Source: a virus. From it: a stretch of DNA of 64,000 nt. Below are positions 27,330-36,738 of this stretch, piece after piece; positions within the stretch are counted from its first letter, which is position 1, and each line of letters opens with the position of its first letter. The DNA is taken from positions 12,557 through 76,556 of the IMG/VR virus record IMGVR_UViG_3300015615_000680. One strand, written 5' to 3'. The notes under the pieces were generated by a model that ran no database searches, was not told the DNA's origin, and saw nothing but the letters and a program-made list of their open reading frames with translations. The position numbers and the translations under genes were made by a program.

Positions 27330-28703
27330 TCAGATCCACTTGACCGCGGTCAGCACCGCGACGGAAACGTCGTGGCGCATCGCGAAGTCGTGCTGGGTGA
27401 TGGCGCGGATGACGGTCTGGTTCTGGCTGAAGGCCGCGACCACCTGCGAACCGTCGTGGTATGCCGCCGTGTCGGACGCGTCGATCGTGATGCCGGGGAC
27501 TTCGGCGATGATCGCCTCCGACATGTCGCCGAAGTAGACCTCGGACTCGTCGGAGCCGCCGCCGAGGTTCACGGGGATGGACGTGGTCGTCCACACCGGG
27601 AAGCCGCGGAGGTTCGCCATCGGCCGCGTCGGATCGCCGACCTGGAAGCTGGCGTTGATCTCCGGGAACGCGAGCACGCCCGTGGTGTCCCGCAGGTTGC
27701 GCAGGTAGTTGAGCGAGCGCGGCGCCATGACGTAGGACGGCCGCATCAACGGCACGTTCGAGCCCATCAGCGCGAGCTCGGCCTTGCCGAGGTCGATGGT
27801 GACGTTCGCCAGATTGACCGTCGCGTTGGCCGGGATCACGTTCGCCGTCGCCGCCCAGTAGCGCATGCCCTTCGGCGCGTTGCCGAGGCCCTGGTCGCGG
27901 ATGAACGCCGCATCTTCCGCGACCGCCATCGAATTCAGGATGTCGTCGCGGACGAACTGCTCGGTGTTGGCGCTGGCGAACTTGATCAGGTCGTTCGACA
28001 CCGGGACGAGCGACGCCAGCGTGCGGGCGGTGAACTTGCGGTTGCCGAAGCCCGGCTGCCCGGCGGGGATATTGGTGTTCTCCCCGATGTAGCCGGCGCT
28101 GGAGCCCGCGACGTGCTTCGGCACGTTCATGTTGCCGCCCGGCATGTCCATGGTGCGTGCGCCGGCCCGGCGCACGACCGTCCGCGCCCGCAGCAGCTCG
28201 ATGATCTCCCGCGAATGCTGGTCGTCGACCAGGAAGCCGCCGGACGCCGCCGTACCGGCCGCCAGCGCACGCGAGATGGCTTCGCCTTCCGGCCCCCAGA
28301 GCTTGGACGCGTGCTGGGCCGCCAGCATCGGAATGCCCTTGGTCGCGGCGAGGGCGATCACCGTGCGGACGAAGCCCGTCCCGGGCACCACCGCCGCCTT
28401 CACCTGCGCCGGCACCGTGGTGCGCTGCCCCGCCGGATCGATGGGGTCCGCCGTCGCGACCTTCAGACGGTCGGCCTCGCGCTGGCGGTCGATCTTCTCG
28501 TCGAGCGCGGCGATCTCCTTCTTGAGACCGTCGTAGGCCTTCTTGTCGGCGGCGACGAGTTCGGCGGCCTTCTTGTCCTCCGCCTCCTGATCCTCGGCCT
28601 TCGCCGCCTGGCCGTAGCCGTCGGCGTTCATCTTGTCCACCAGGTCGGCGAACGACTTCACCTTCTGCTCGCGCTCGGCGAGCAGCTTCAGGAGCTTTTC
28701 CAT
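27330..28703 (-). CDS. Major capsid protein, HK97 fold
   Basis: Coiled-coil delta domain; ASGGFLV...IIELLR; VPVSNDLI; EDAAFIRDQG; YFGDMSE; FSQNQTVIRAI. Confidence 0.95.
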   Translation of the reverse strand: MEKLLKLLAEREQKVKSFADLVDKMNADGYGQAAKAEDQEAEDKKAAELVAADKKAYDGLKKEIAALDEKIDRQREADRLKVATADPIDPAGQRTTVPAQVKAAVVPGTGFVRTVIALAATKGIPMLAAQHASKLWGPEGEAISRALAAGTAASGGFLVDDQHSREIIELLRARTVVRRAGARTMDMPGGNMNVPKHVAGSSAGYIGENTNIPAGQPGFGNRKFTARTLASLVPVSNDLIKFASANTEQFVRDDILNSMAVAEDAAFIRDQGLGNAPKGMRYWAATANVIPANATVNLANVTIDLGKAELALMGSNVPLMRPSYVMAPRSLNYLRNLRDTTGVLAFPEINASFQVGDPTRPMANLRGFPVWTTTSIPVNLGGGSDESEVYFGDMSEAIIAEVPGITIDASDTAAYHDGSQVVAAFSQNQTVIRAITQHDFAMRHDVSVAVLTAVKWI

Positions 28704-28825
28704 TTTTAGGGGGTCCGTATGGAAGGGCCGCCGCGTGGCAGCCCGGCCGCCCGCCCGCCCGGTGCACGCTCGGCGCCGCCTGGGCTGCGGGGTCAGAGCG
28801 GCGGGTGAACCGCCGCGCCCGGGAA

Positions 28826-29947
28826 TCAGCGTCCGCGATGTCCGCGGATGTTGATCAGTTCGAGGTCGCGCGCACGTGCGGCGCGCGCCTCGTCGAGGCG
28901 CTTCTGCCGAGCGGCGCGTTCCACCGCTTCGACACGCGAGCGGGTCATCAGCACATGGCCGTTCCGCTGGGCGATTTCGCCCGCAAGCGCGAGCTGTTCG
29001 TCCGGCGGCAGGGCTTCGACGGCGGTGCGCGCCTCGACGGGCGGCGCGGCCGGATCATCGCTGGCCGGATCGCCGTCGCGCAGCGCCACATCCTCGGGCA
29101 CCTCGACCTCGCGCAGCTTGAACGACTGGTCGAGCACGAGGGCCGGAATCTTGCCCTTCCGCCACCGCGCGACGTGATCGCGCAGGCGCGTCGCCCCTTC
29201 AGCGCTCAACGTCTGCGGCGTCTCGATGTAGATCAGCTTGCGCGCCGGCGCCGCCGCCTTTCGCAGCGCTTCCAGCTCGGCGCGGGGGACGACGCTGCGG
29301 CCCTCGCCGTCGAGGAACCGCTCGGCCCATTCGGCAACCGGGCCCGTGTCGATGCCGGCGGTCCGCGCGTTGATCAGCGCCTCCGGGTTCGCCGGCACCA
29401 CGACGGCCGACCACTCCAGCAGCTCGCTTTTCAGGAAGTCGAGTCCGAAGCGGCCGCCCTCGTCGACCCACTTCCATTCCAGCGGCATCAGGCCGACCGA
29501 GGTCGCGCTCAGAAAACCGCCCTTGTACATCTCGAAGATCGTGTCGTTGAAGCGCGGCCAGGACGGGCCGGAGGGCGTGAAGTCAGCGATCGCGACCAGC
29601 GCGCCGCTCTCGACCCACACGCTGAGGCAGCGCGCGACCGGCAACGAACGGTAGTCGTGCGCCCACAGCACCACCGGGTTGCTGCGATAGTTGTCGAGCT
29701 GCCATCCGTCCACCTGGATCGTGTCGCCGTAGCGATCGATCGACGGCGTCGAGATGGTGAACTCCAGCAGCCGCTCCGGGTCGGGCTTCGGCGTGATCTT
29801 GTCGGTGCGGATGCGCTCCACGGCCTCGGCAGACGGGGCGCGGACCGCCGTGCGCATGCCCAGCCGGACGGCCACATCATCGCCGGCGCTTCCGCCCCGT
29901 GCTTCCTCCCGGAACTGATCGACGGTGACGAACTTTCGGTTAGGCAT
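28826..29947 (-). CDS. HK97-family prohead protease with C-terminal extension
   Basis: STPSIDRYGDTI, NPVVLWAHD, SATSVG, ELLEWSAVVVPANPEAL; GGAGG RBS. Confidence 0.93.
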   Translation of the reverse strand: MPNRKFVTVDQFREEARGGSAGDDVAVRLGMRTAVRAPSAEAVERIRTDKITPKPDPERLLEFTISTPSIDRYGDTIQVDGWQLDNYRSNPVVLWAHDYRSLPVARCLSVWVESGALVAIADFTPSGPSWPRFNDTIFEMYKGGFLSATSVGLMPLEWKWVDEGGRFGLDFLKSELLEWSAVVVPANPEALINARTAGIDTGPVAEWAERFLDGEGRSVVPRAELEALRKAAAPARKLIYIETPQTLSAEGATRLRDHVARWRKGKIPALVLDQSFKLREVEVPEDVALRDGDPASDDPAAPPVEARTAVEALPPDEQLALAGEIAQRNGHVLMTRSRVEAVERAARQKRLDEARAARARDLELINIRGHRGR

Positions 29948-31238
29948 CCCCATCCTCCGGAGCGATAGCGGCGGGCTTGCGGTCGGCCTGATCCGCGAGT
30001 GCAAGCAGAGCCTGGGCGAAGGCACGCACGCCGTCGGCGCCCTGCGGGAGCGTGTTCGCCGGCACGCGGTAGGCGTCGCCGCCGTCATAAGGATTGCGCC
30101 CTTCGTCGGCGCGCACCTCGTTCGGGTTGAGCACGCCGTTCAGGAGCCAGATCTGCGCCGCCTGGGCCCGGGCAAGCACGTCGGCGCCGGTCAGCACGTC
30201 GGTGTCATGCTCGAAGAACATGCGGCGGCGCTCGTCCGGCATCAGCAGGTCGCGGCGCGCGGCCTGCGCGCCCATCGTCAGCCAGGGCAGCTGGGTCAGC
30301 GACAGGAAGCCCTTGAGCTGCTGCTCGAGGCCGGTGCCCCAGGAGGTGACCTTCGAGGTCGCCCCGGCCAGGAACGGCGGCACGCCATAGATGCGGCACA
30401 TGTCCTCGACCTGGAAGCCGCGCGATTCGAGGAACTGGCTCTCCTCCGGCGTGACCGAGATCGTGTTGTACGTGGCGCCGTCGCTGACGACCGTGACCTT
30501 GCGGCTGCCCTGAATGCCGCTGTGCTGGGCTTCCCACTGGGCCCGGACCCGCTGGACGGCATCCTTCGAGAGCTTGCCGGGGATGCTCAGCACGCCGCCG
30601 GCGCGGGCGCCGTCGCCGAAGAACCGCGCTCCGTGCTCCTCCACCGCGATCGACAGGCCGATCGCCTTTGCCGCAAGCCGGACCGGCGACACGCCCAGAT
30701 AGCCGTCGTCGCCGCGCCAGCGCAGGTGAAGGATCGAGCCGGCCGTCACGCGGTGCCGGTCGCCCGAATAGGGGAACCCGAACTCGTAGACCGGCGTCCG
30801 ATCCGCCGCGATGTACACGCTCACGAAGTCCGAATGCAGCGGCAGCATCTCGGTGACCCGCCCGACGCCGTCGCGGATGAGGTAGGCATAGCCGTTGCCG
30901 CGCAGCGCGGTGTGTACGTAGACGTGCCGCCAGAACTCGAACGGGGTCTGCCATTCGTTCGGCCGGAGCGTCACGAGCTGGGCGATGGGATGATCCGGCA
31001 GCTCGTCGCGGCCCGGGCCCGGCACGCGGCGTTCGTACAGCAGCAGCGGCATCATCGCCGCCGTATCCGCGATCAGCCCGACGCAGCGCGCGATCGTCGT
31101 CTGCTGCATGGCGACGGACGGCGTCACCGTCACGCCCGACGGCGTCGATAGTCCTCCCGCACCCGTCGATCTCCACCACATGCTTTCGCCGGCGGAGATC
31201 AGCGAGCGCGCGACGGCGCGCCGCAGGCGGGTGAACAT
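29940..31238 (-). CDS. Portal protein, HK97 family
   Basis: LRPNEWQTPFEFW, LRGNGYA, GVSPV, SQFLESR, NPNEVRADEGRNP. Confidence 0.95.
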   Translation of the reverse strand: MFTRLRRAVARSLISAGESMWWRSTGAGGLSTPSGVTVTPSVAMQQTTIARCVGLIADTAAMMPLLLYERRVPGPGRDELPDHPIAQLVTLRPNEWQTPFEFWRHVYVHTALRGNGYAYLIRDGVGRVTEMLPLHSDFVSVYIAADRTPVYEFGFPYSGDRHRVTAGSILHLRWRGDDGYLGVSPVRLAAKAIGLSIAVEEHGARFFGDGARAGGVLSIPGKLSKDAVQRVRAQWEAQHSGIQGSRKVTVVSDGATYNTISVTPEESQFLESRGFQVEDMCRIYGVPPFLAGATSKVTSWGTGLEQQLKGFLSLTQLPWLTMGAQAARRDLLMPDERRRMFFEHDTDVLTGADVLARAQAAQIWLLNGVLNPNEVRADEGRNPYDGGDAYRVPANTLPQGADGVRAFAQALLALADQADRKPAAIAPEDGDA

Positions 31239-32947
31239 CAGCCGATCACCGTGAGGTCTTCGGTCTCGTAGGCGGAGACGCCGGTGACCGGCTGCGGGTT
31301 TCGGACCATGCCGGTCACGGCGTCGAACATCGCCATGACCGGGTCGATCTTCGCGTCGCCGGCGTTCATCTTGGTCGCGCGGATCGCGGTCGCCGTCGGC
31401 TCGATCCGGAGGTTGCCGACGCACCACGCCATCAGCGAACTGCCGCTATGCCACAAGGTGCGGCTGGCCAGCTTGCGTTCCGCGGTCTTGATCGCGTTCA
31501 TCATCGCGATTCCCTGCGGGGCGCCGAATACGAGACCGCCATCCTGGGTGACCTCGATCTCGGCGAGCGCGTCGATGAATTCACCGATGCCCGCCGGGTC
31601 CACCCACACCGCGCCAAGCAGGCCGCGTTCCTTGATGTCGGCGACGATCTCGACGATGTCGGAGACGTCCTGCAGCTCGTCGTCCACGATCGTCAGCTCG
31701 CCGGCCTTCTTCGCATCGAGCAGCACCTGGGCGATGCTCTTCCGCCGGTCCAGCACGCCATTGTGGGCCCACGCATGCGACCATTCGAGCCAGTGCTTGG
31801 TCTCGCGGCACCGGCCGAGCACGCTGAGGCCGAACAGGTCATCCAGGCCGCCGCCGTCGATGCCCACGACGACCACCTCGCTTCGGGTCAGGACGGCCTC
31901 GAGCGTCAGCGACTTGTCGGCCTGGCGCTCCCAGTACTCCGCGCCCGGCCAGTGGCCGCCTCTGATCGACATGCCCACCTCGATGTTGAGGTGCTGGCTG
32001 GCCCAGCGCCGGATTTCTGCGTCGCCGGCCACCTTCGCGGCCTCGAAGTCCGTCACCAGGCGATCGACGCCGATCGACTTGCCGCGATTCGGAGTGACCA
32101 TCCACCAGTAGGACGGGTCGTACCAGCGCGGCGTCTCGCCGGCGCGCGTCGGCGCCGCGATGGCGGCCGGGAACTCGTACAGCACCGGCAGCATGGGGAC
32201 GTTCTTGAGGCGTCCATCCCGGATCGAGCGCGCCTTCTCCAGCTCCGTCTTGAACACGCCGACCGGCGGCCGTTCCGACTGGGTCGTGATGAAGACGAGG
32301 AAGGCCTCGGGGTTTGAGATCAGGCCGCCACGGAGCTGGCCGATGACCCGGTCCGCGTTGGCGTCCGCCGCGATCTCGTGCAGCTCGTCGACCAGAACGC
32401 CAACCGGTTTCGCGCCGGTGAGGACCGAGGTGTCGAACGCCTTGACGACGAGCTTCGCCTTGGTGCGCCGATCGGTGATTTGCTTGAGATGGTCCTGCAC
32501 GTGCATCCGCTTCTGCAGGAACCCTTCGTCGTCGGCCTCGATCATCCCGACCGCCTGGCTGAAGGCGAGGTCCGACACCAGCTTCGACGGGCCGATCAGC
32601 AGGAACTCCGCGCGCGGCCGCCGATTCCGCAGCAGCGCCGTCAACATCAGCGCTGCGCCATTCGTCGTCTTCGAGTTCTTCTTCGGGACGAGGCACAGGA
32701 CCTCGACGATGTAACGCTGCAGGGTGGCCGGATCGACGGCGCCGAACAGCGCGGCGACGATATCCCTGAACCAGTCGCCGCCGGCGTCCGCCAGCTGCGG
32801 CGTCCCCGGCACGTCCGGCAGCCGGAGCTTGTTCCAGATCGCGACGGCCCGGTCGGCCTCCGCCCGGTCGAGCGGCAGGTCGGGGATGATCGAGCGCCCG
32901 GCCTGGAGCCGCTGCTCCCAGTCCGGGCAGGACAGGTCCCAGGTCAA
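31238..32947 (-). CDS. terL: Terminase large subunit
   Basis: VPKKNSKT Walker A variant, VLVDELH Walker B, GIDGGGLDDL nuclease, KIDPVMA. Confidence 0.95.
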   Translation of the reverse strand: MTWDLSCPDWEQRLQAGRSIIPDLPLDRAEADRAVAIWNKLRLPDVPGTPQLADAGGDWFRDIVAALFGAVDPATLQRYIVEVLCLVPKKNSKTTNGAALMLTALLRNRRPRAEFLLIGPSKLVSDLAFSQAVGMIEADDEGFLQKRMHVQDHLKQITDRRTKAKLVVKAFDTSVLTGAKPVGVLVDELHEIAADANADRVIGQLRGGLISNPEAFLVFITTQSERPPVGVFKTELEKARSIRDGRLKNVPMLPVLYEFPAAIAAPTRAGETPRWYDPSYWWMVTPNRGKSIGVDRLVTDFEAAKVAGDAEIRRWASQHLNIEVGMSIRGGHWPGAEYWERQADKSLTLEAVLTRSEVVVVGIDGGGLDDLFGLSVLGRCRETKHWLEWSHAWAHNGVLDRRKSIAQVLLDAKKAGELTIVDDELQDVSDIVEIVADIKERGLLGAVWVDPAGIGEFIDALAEIEVTQDGGLVFGAPQGIAMMNAIKTAERKLASRTLWHSGSSLMAWCVGNLRIEPTATAIRATKMNAGDAKIDPVMAMFDAVTGMVRNPQPVTGVSAYETEDLTVIG

Positions 32948-33336
32948 TTGACCAGCCCGCTCCAGCCCGTGCCTTCCTCCGCCTTCGCCGCGTCGGCCGC
33001 AGCCTGTTCCTTCTTGCCCGGCGTCGCCGGTGGCGCGTCGGGCTTCGGCAGCGGCGGCGGCGCATGCTCGGACCAGCCGGCCCGGACCTTCATCCAGAAG
33101 ATCCCGGCGGTGACCGCCTCGCGGCCGGTGCCCGTCGCGATCTTGAACAGGTTCTGCGCGACCTTCGTGTTCGCGAGGATGGCCGCCCGGTCGAGCTCCG
33201 CCCGGTAATGGTGCCGCAGCGTCTTCGGGTCGATGCCGAGGACGGTCGCTACGTCGGCCTGGGTGATACCGACGGCGATCATCGTCTCGACCATCTTGCG
33301 AAGCTCTTCGGTCGGCTCGTGCTCAATGCCCTGCAT
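32944..33336 (-). CDS. terS: Terminase small subunit
   Basis: HTH GITQADVATVLGIDPKTLRHHYRAEL; AGIFWMKVRAGW; coupled to terL. Confidence 0.85.
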   Translation of the reverse strand: MQGIEHEPTEELRKMVETMIAVGITQADVATVLGIDPKTLRHHYRAELDRAAILANTKVAQNLFKIATGTGREAVTAGIFWMKVRAGWSEHAPPPLPKPDAPPATPGKKEQAAADAAKAEEGTGWSGLVN

Positions 33337-33416
33337 GCGTCGGTGAACCTGTGGAATGGCTGGCTGCGCCGCGCGATCGCGAGTAGTCGTCGGGCGATCG
33401 TCGAAGGAGGCGCTAC

Positions 33417-33626
33417 ATGGCCAGCCGGCGCGTCGTCTTTTGGGAGCCGCACGGCGACTGCCCGGGGCAGTTCGAGATCCTGGACGAGATCGAGGATTGC
33501 GCCGCGGCGCGCGCGGCGGTCATCGACGCTCTGCTGGCGGCGGCGCCGGCCGGAACGACCGCATCTATCGTCGAGCGCGACGGCTGCCTCTATGCCGTCA
33601 TCGCCGAGGCGCCGGGCGCGCCGTAG
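33417..33626 (+). CDS. Small acidic hypothetical protein, antisense to late operon
   Basis: AAGGAGG RBS 6 nt before ATG; 69 aa. Confidence 0.55.
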   Translation: MASRRVVFWEPHGDCPGQFEILDEIEDCAAARAAVIDALLAAAPAGTTASIVERDGCLYAVIAEAPGAP

Positions 33627-34756
33627 TACCGAAAGCCCTGCACCGCCCGGAAGTGCCCGCCGTAGCCGGTCCCGATCTTCTGGGCCGGCCCGGCGGCCCG
33701 CTGGTGAGCCCGCGAGATCGTCCGCGCCGAGCTTTGCTTCTTGCCGCCGTACAGCACGGCGGAGACCTGGCCCCACCGCGGGTCGCGCCGAAGCGCGGCG
33801 CAGAGCTGCGGGTGCGACGTGTGGAAGACGGTCGTCGTCGCCCGCCCCGGCAACCGCGCATCGGGATCGCCGCGGGCCTGCATCGCGCAAATCTCATTCA
33901 GGAAGCGCAGCCCGACGCCGGCGCCCTGCCACTCCGGCATGACGACCAGCCGGCAGGCCCTCGCTTCCGCGACCCCGCCCTTGTTCGCCGAGCTGACGGC
34001 AAGATGGCAGACGAGCTCGCCGTCCACGGTGCCGACGTAGTAGGCCGCCGCGATCATGCGGGGCAGCTTCAGATAGTGATGCGGCTCAAACAGCGGCCAG
34101 TAACCGCCGTCCGTCTTCCAGATGTGGAGGTCGAACCTGGGTCGCCGAGGCGACCCCCTTGCGAAGGTCTTCTTCGCCGTGTCGTAGAGCCAATCGGGCT
34201 CGATCCACTCCAGCACGTCGTAGTGCGGCGTCAGCAGCACGACCTGCGACCGCTGCACCCGGCGCCACGCCTTCGCGAACGCCAGCGCCCCGAACTTCGC
34301 GATCTGCCGGTCCACCACCGAGGTGAATTCGTCAACGACGGCGCGCGCCGGCGCCTCGCACACCAGGCGCGCCATGTCGGCCCGGAACCGCTCGCCGTTC
34401 GACAGCACCGGGTAGGGCCGCAGCCAGCTCGGGACCGAACCCAGCCCGACCGAGCCGAGCGCGCCGGTCACGGCATCGAACGCACCGTCGGGCGCGATCG
34501 CGTCGATGATCGGCCTATCGCCGGGCCAGTCCGGCGACCAGAACGGCGCCGGCTCGCCGAAGATCGCGCGGCCGATGCTGGTCTTTCCCGACCCCGACGG
34601 CCCGACCACGACCCCGATGCGCCACTCCAGCCCATCGAGGTCGAGATCGGCGTCCAGATCGAAGTTGCAGCCGCTCTCCGCGTTGAACAGCGACTTCACC
34701 CGCGCCGCCCGGTAGCTGTCGAAGTCCGAGCAGCGGTTGCGGACAGCGATCCTCAT
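33590..34756 (-). CDS. ABC-type ATPase fused to GNAT/Mom-like acetyltransferase
   Basis: GPSGSGKT, LSNGERFRA, VVDEFTS; then FEPHHYL, RLVVMPEWQGAGVG acetyl-CoA motif. Confidence 0.9.
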   Translation of the reverse strand: MRIAVRNRCSDFDSYRAARVKSLFNAESGCNFDLDADLDLDGLEWRIGVVVGPSGSGKTSIGRAIFGEPAPFWSPDWPGDRPIIDAIAPDGAFDAVTGALGSVGLGSVPSWLRPYPVLSNGERFRADMARLVCEAPARAVVDEFTSVVDRQIAKFGALAFAKAWRRVQRSQVVLLTPHYDVLEWIEPDWLYDTAKKTFARGSPRRPRFDLHIWKTDGGYWPLFEPHHYLKLPRMIAAAYYVGTVDGELVCHLAVSSANKGGVAEARACRLVVMPEWQGAGVGLRFLNEICAMQARGDPDARLPGRATTTVFHTSHPQLCAALRRDPRWGQVSAVLYGGKKQSSARTISRAHQRAAGPAQKIGTGYGGHFRAVQGFRYYGAPGASAMTA

Positions 34757-35319
34757 GTCGTGACGACCTTGACGTCGAGGCCGCGGCCTCGAAGGTCGTC
34801 GTAGACGCGGCGCTGGTCGTCTTCGTCACGGCAGATGACGATGACGCCGTACTGCTCGGCGTAGTTCGACGGCAGCGGGGCGGCGCCCGGCGGCGCCGGC
34901 GGGTCGGCCCCATCGAGCCCGGCCGCAAAGTCCAGCCCGAGGCCGATCGGCGCGAGGTCGAAATCGATCCCGGCGAGCCCGTCGATCTCGAGCTTGAGGA
35001 TCGAGACGTCCCAGGTCGTCGCCTCGGCGACCCGATTGTCCGCCAGCCGGTACGCGCGCCTCTCCGCCTCGGAGAGGCCCTTCGCGACGTGCACCGGAAC
35101 GCGGCCCAGTCCGAGCCGTTCGGCGGCCAGCCGTCGGGTGTGGCCGGCGAGAATGACGCCATCCTCATCGACCACGATGGGCTGCTGCCAGCCGAAGCGT
35201 TCGATGGAGGCCGCCACCTGGGCGACGGCCGTTTCCGGGATCTTCCGGGGGTTGCTGTGGTACGGGACAACCCGCCCGATCGGCCACCACGTGACCGCGA
35301 ATTTTAACCCTTCCTGCAT
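34753..35319 (-). CDS. ParB/Srx N-terminal domain protein
   Basis: PYHSNPRK, SIERFGWQQPIVVD, ILAGHTR, AYRLADNR. Confidence 0.9.
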   Translation of the reverse strand: MQEGLKFAVTWWPIGRVVPYHSNPRKIPETAVAQVAASIERFGWQQPIVVDEDGVILAGHTRRLAAERLGLGRVPVHVAKGLSEAERRAYRLADNRVAEATTWDVSILKLEIDGLAGIDFDLAPIGLGLDFAAGLDGADPPAPPGAAPLPSNYAEQYGVIVICRDEDDQRRVYDDLRGRGLDVKVVTT

Positions 35320-35529
35320 GACCCACGCTCGATGCTTCCCACGCCGCGGACGCGGTGGCGGGATGGCCGGATGTCCGGCCGGCTTCGGTCATGCGAGGCA
35401 GTTTCTCGCGGTTCGGGGTGCTTCCAACACCCCGGACCCCGCCCCTTGGGGCAAGGCAGGCGACGTTCGGTGGCCCGGGGATTTCCCGGTGCGGCTCCAT
35501 CCTTTGTTGGGCGGGAAAGTCACCGGCAC

Positions 35530-35630
35530 TGCGTTTCACGGCGGCCGGGAAAAAAATCTCCGGATGACCCCCACGCGGTTAAGGGCCCCAGACCGCGGGG
35601 ACTTTCGACCCCCCTACCCCCCCTCGGAGG
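35530..35630 (-). other. Probable cos/packaging initiation region
   Basis: Non-coding gap between HNH and ParB/terminase; GGGGGGGTAGGGGGGTCGAAAGT then inverted repeat and T7 tract on minus strand. Confidence 0.55.
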
Positions 35631-35713
35631 GCGGGCCGGACCGCGCGCGGCGCCGGCCTATGGGCCGTCTCCTGCTGACGCGGGGTGCGGAGGCCCCCCG
35701 GCGAGAGAGGCCT

Positions 35714-36061
35714 TCATGCAGGCCCTGCCGGCGGGCGGGCGGCCATCCGATGCGCCCTCGCCCGGGCGGTCTTGCGGGTGTGGCATGAGCCGCACCGGAG
35801 CATCACGTTGGCGGGGTCGAGGGGCGCGCCGTCGTCGGCCAGCTCGTCGATGTGGTCGCCGAAGACGCGCGACACGGCGCGGGGTCGTGCCGGATCATGT
35901 TCCGGGTCTTCGCAGCGCCGGCCCCGCTCCTCGATGAGCTGGTCCATCAGGGCGCGCCAGGCGGCGGAGAGGTAGAACGGGTCGGCGGTCTTAGGCGGCG
36001 GCTTCACCGCGCGGGTGTCCACGGTCCTGATCCGCTGTGCCGCGACGCGCAACTTCGCCAT
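35714..36061 (-). CDS. Packaging-associated HNH endonuclease (HK97 gp74-like)
   Basis: FYLSAAWRAL...RCED...DHIDELADDGAPLDPANVMLRCGSCHTRKT. Confidence 0.9.
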   Translation of the reverse strand: MAKLRVAAQRIRTVDTRAVKPPPKTADPFYLSAAWRALMDQLIEERGRRCEDPEHDPARPRAVSRVFGDHIDELADDGAPLDPANVMLRCGSCHTRKTARARAHRMAARPPAGPA

Positions 36062-36162
36062 CGGTCACACGCGCCTGAACTCGAGCCAGTTCTTCGGATC
36101 GGTCATTGCTGCCCCGCGGACATGGCTGCGGCGCGTCGATGCGAGGTGCGTCGGACGCGGGC

Positions 36163-36738
36163 TTAGGAGCGCTTCGAATTCGAGGGGGACTGTACGGCTT
36201 CCGCCAGGGCGGGTGGCGACGCCGCCACGGCCCTGACCCCGTCCAGTGAGGCAGATATCTGAGTCATCCGTCCAAAGAAGTCAATCAACATCTTGACCCG
36301 GTCTTCGTCGCGCGCCTGGTACAAACCGTCCAGTCCGGCGAACGGGCCGTCGATGATTTTCAGGCGTTGGCCGGGCACGAACGTCGTGCCGATCTTCGGC
36401 GTCGGCCGTATCGCACCGCCCGCTTCCTGCTGGTCGCGCATGATCCGCTCGATGACGCCATCCTGGATCGGCCGAGGCGACCCGTCGGCGTTGCAAAGCA
36501 CGATGCTGACGCCGCGGGTGTTCATGACCGGGCCCCACGCGATGTGCCCAGCCCGCAGGAACAGGTAGCGCGGGAAGAGCGGGACGTTGGCGGTGTAGGT
36601 GCGGCCGGCATGCCGGAGCGACTGCTCGATCATCGGCAGGAACGCTTCGAGGCCTTGCGCGATGAGACCGTCACGGGCGAGTTCTTCGCGGCGTGGCTTC
36701 GATCGGACGACGTACCAGCGAGGGCGGATCGGGTTCAT
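36163..36738 (-). CDS. NusG/RfaH-family antiterminator
   Basis: WYVVRSKPRRE, PLFPRYLF, NTRGV, KOW GQRLKIIDGPFAG. Confidence 0.92.
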   Translation of the reverse strand: MNPIRPRWYVVRSKPRREELARDGLIAQGLEAFLPMIEQSLRHAGRTYTANVPLFPRYLFLRAGHIAWGPVMNTRGVSIVLCNADGSPRPIQDGVIERIMRDQQEAGGAIRPTPKIGTTFVPGQRLKIIDGPFAGLDGLYQARDEDRVKMLIDFFGRMTQISASLDGVRAVAASPPALAEAVQSPSNSKRS

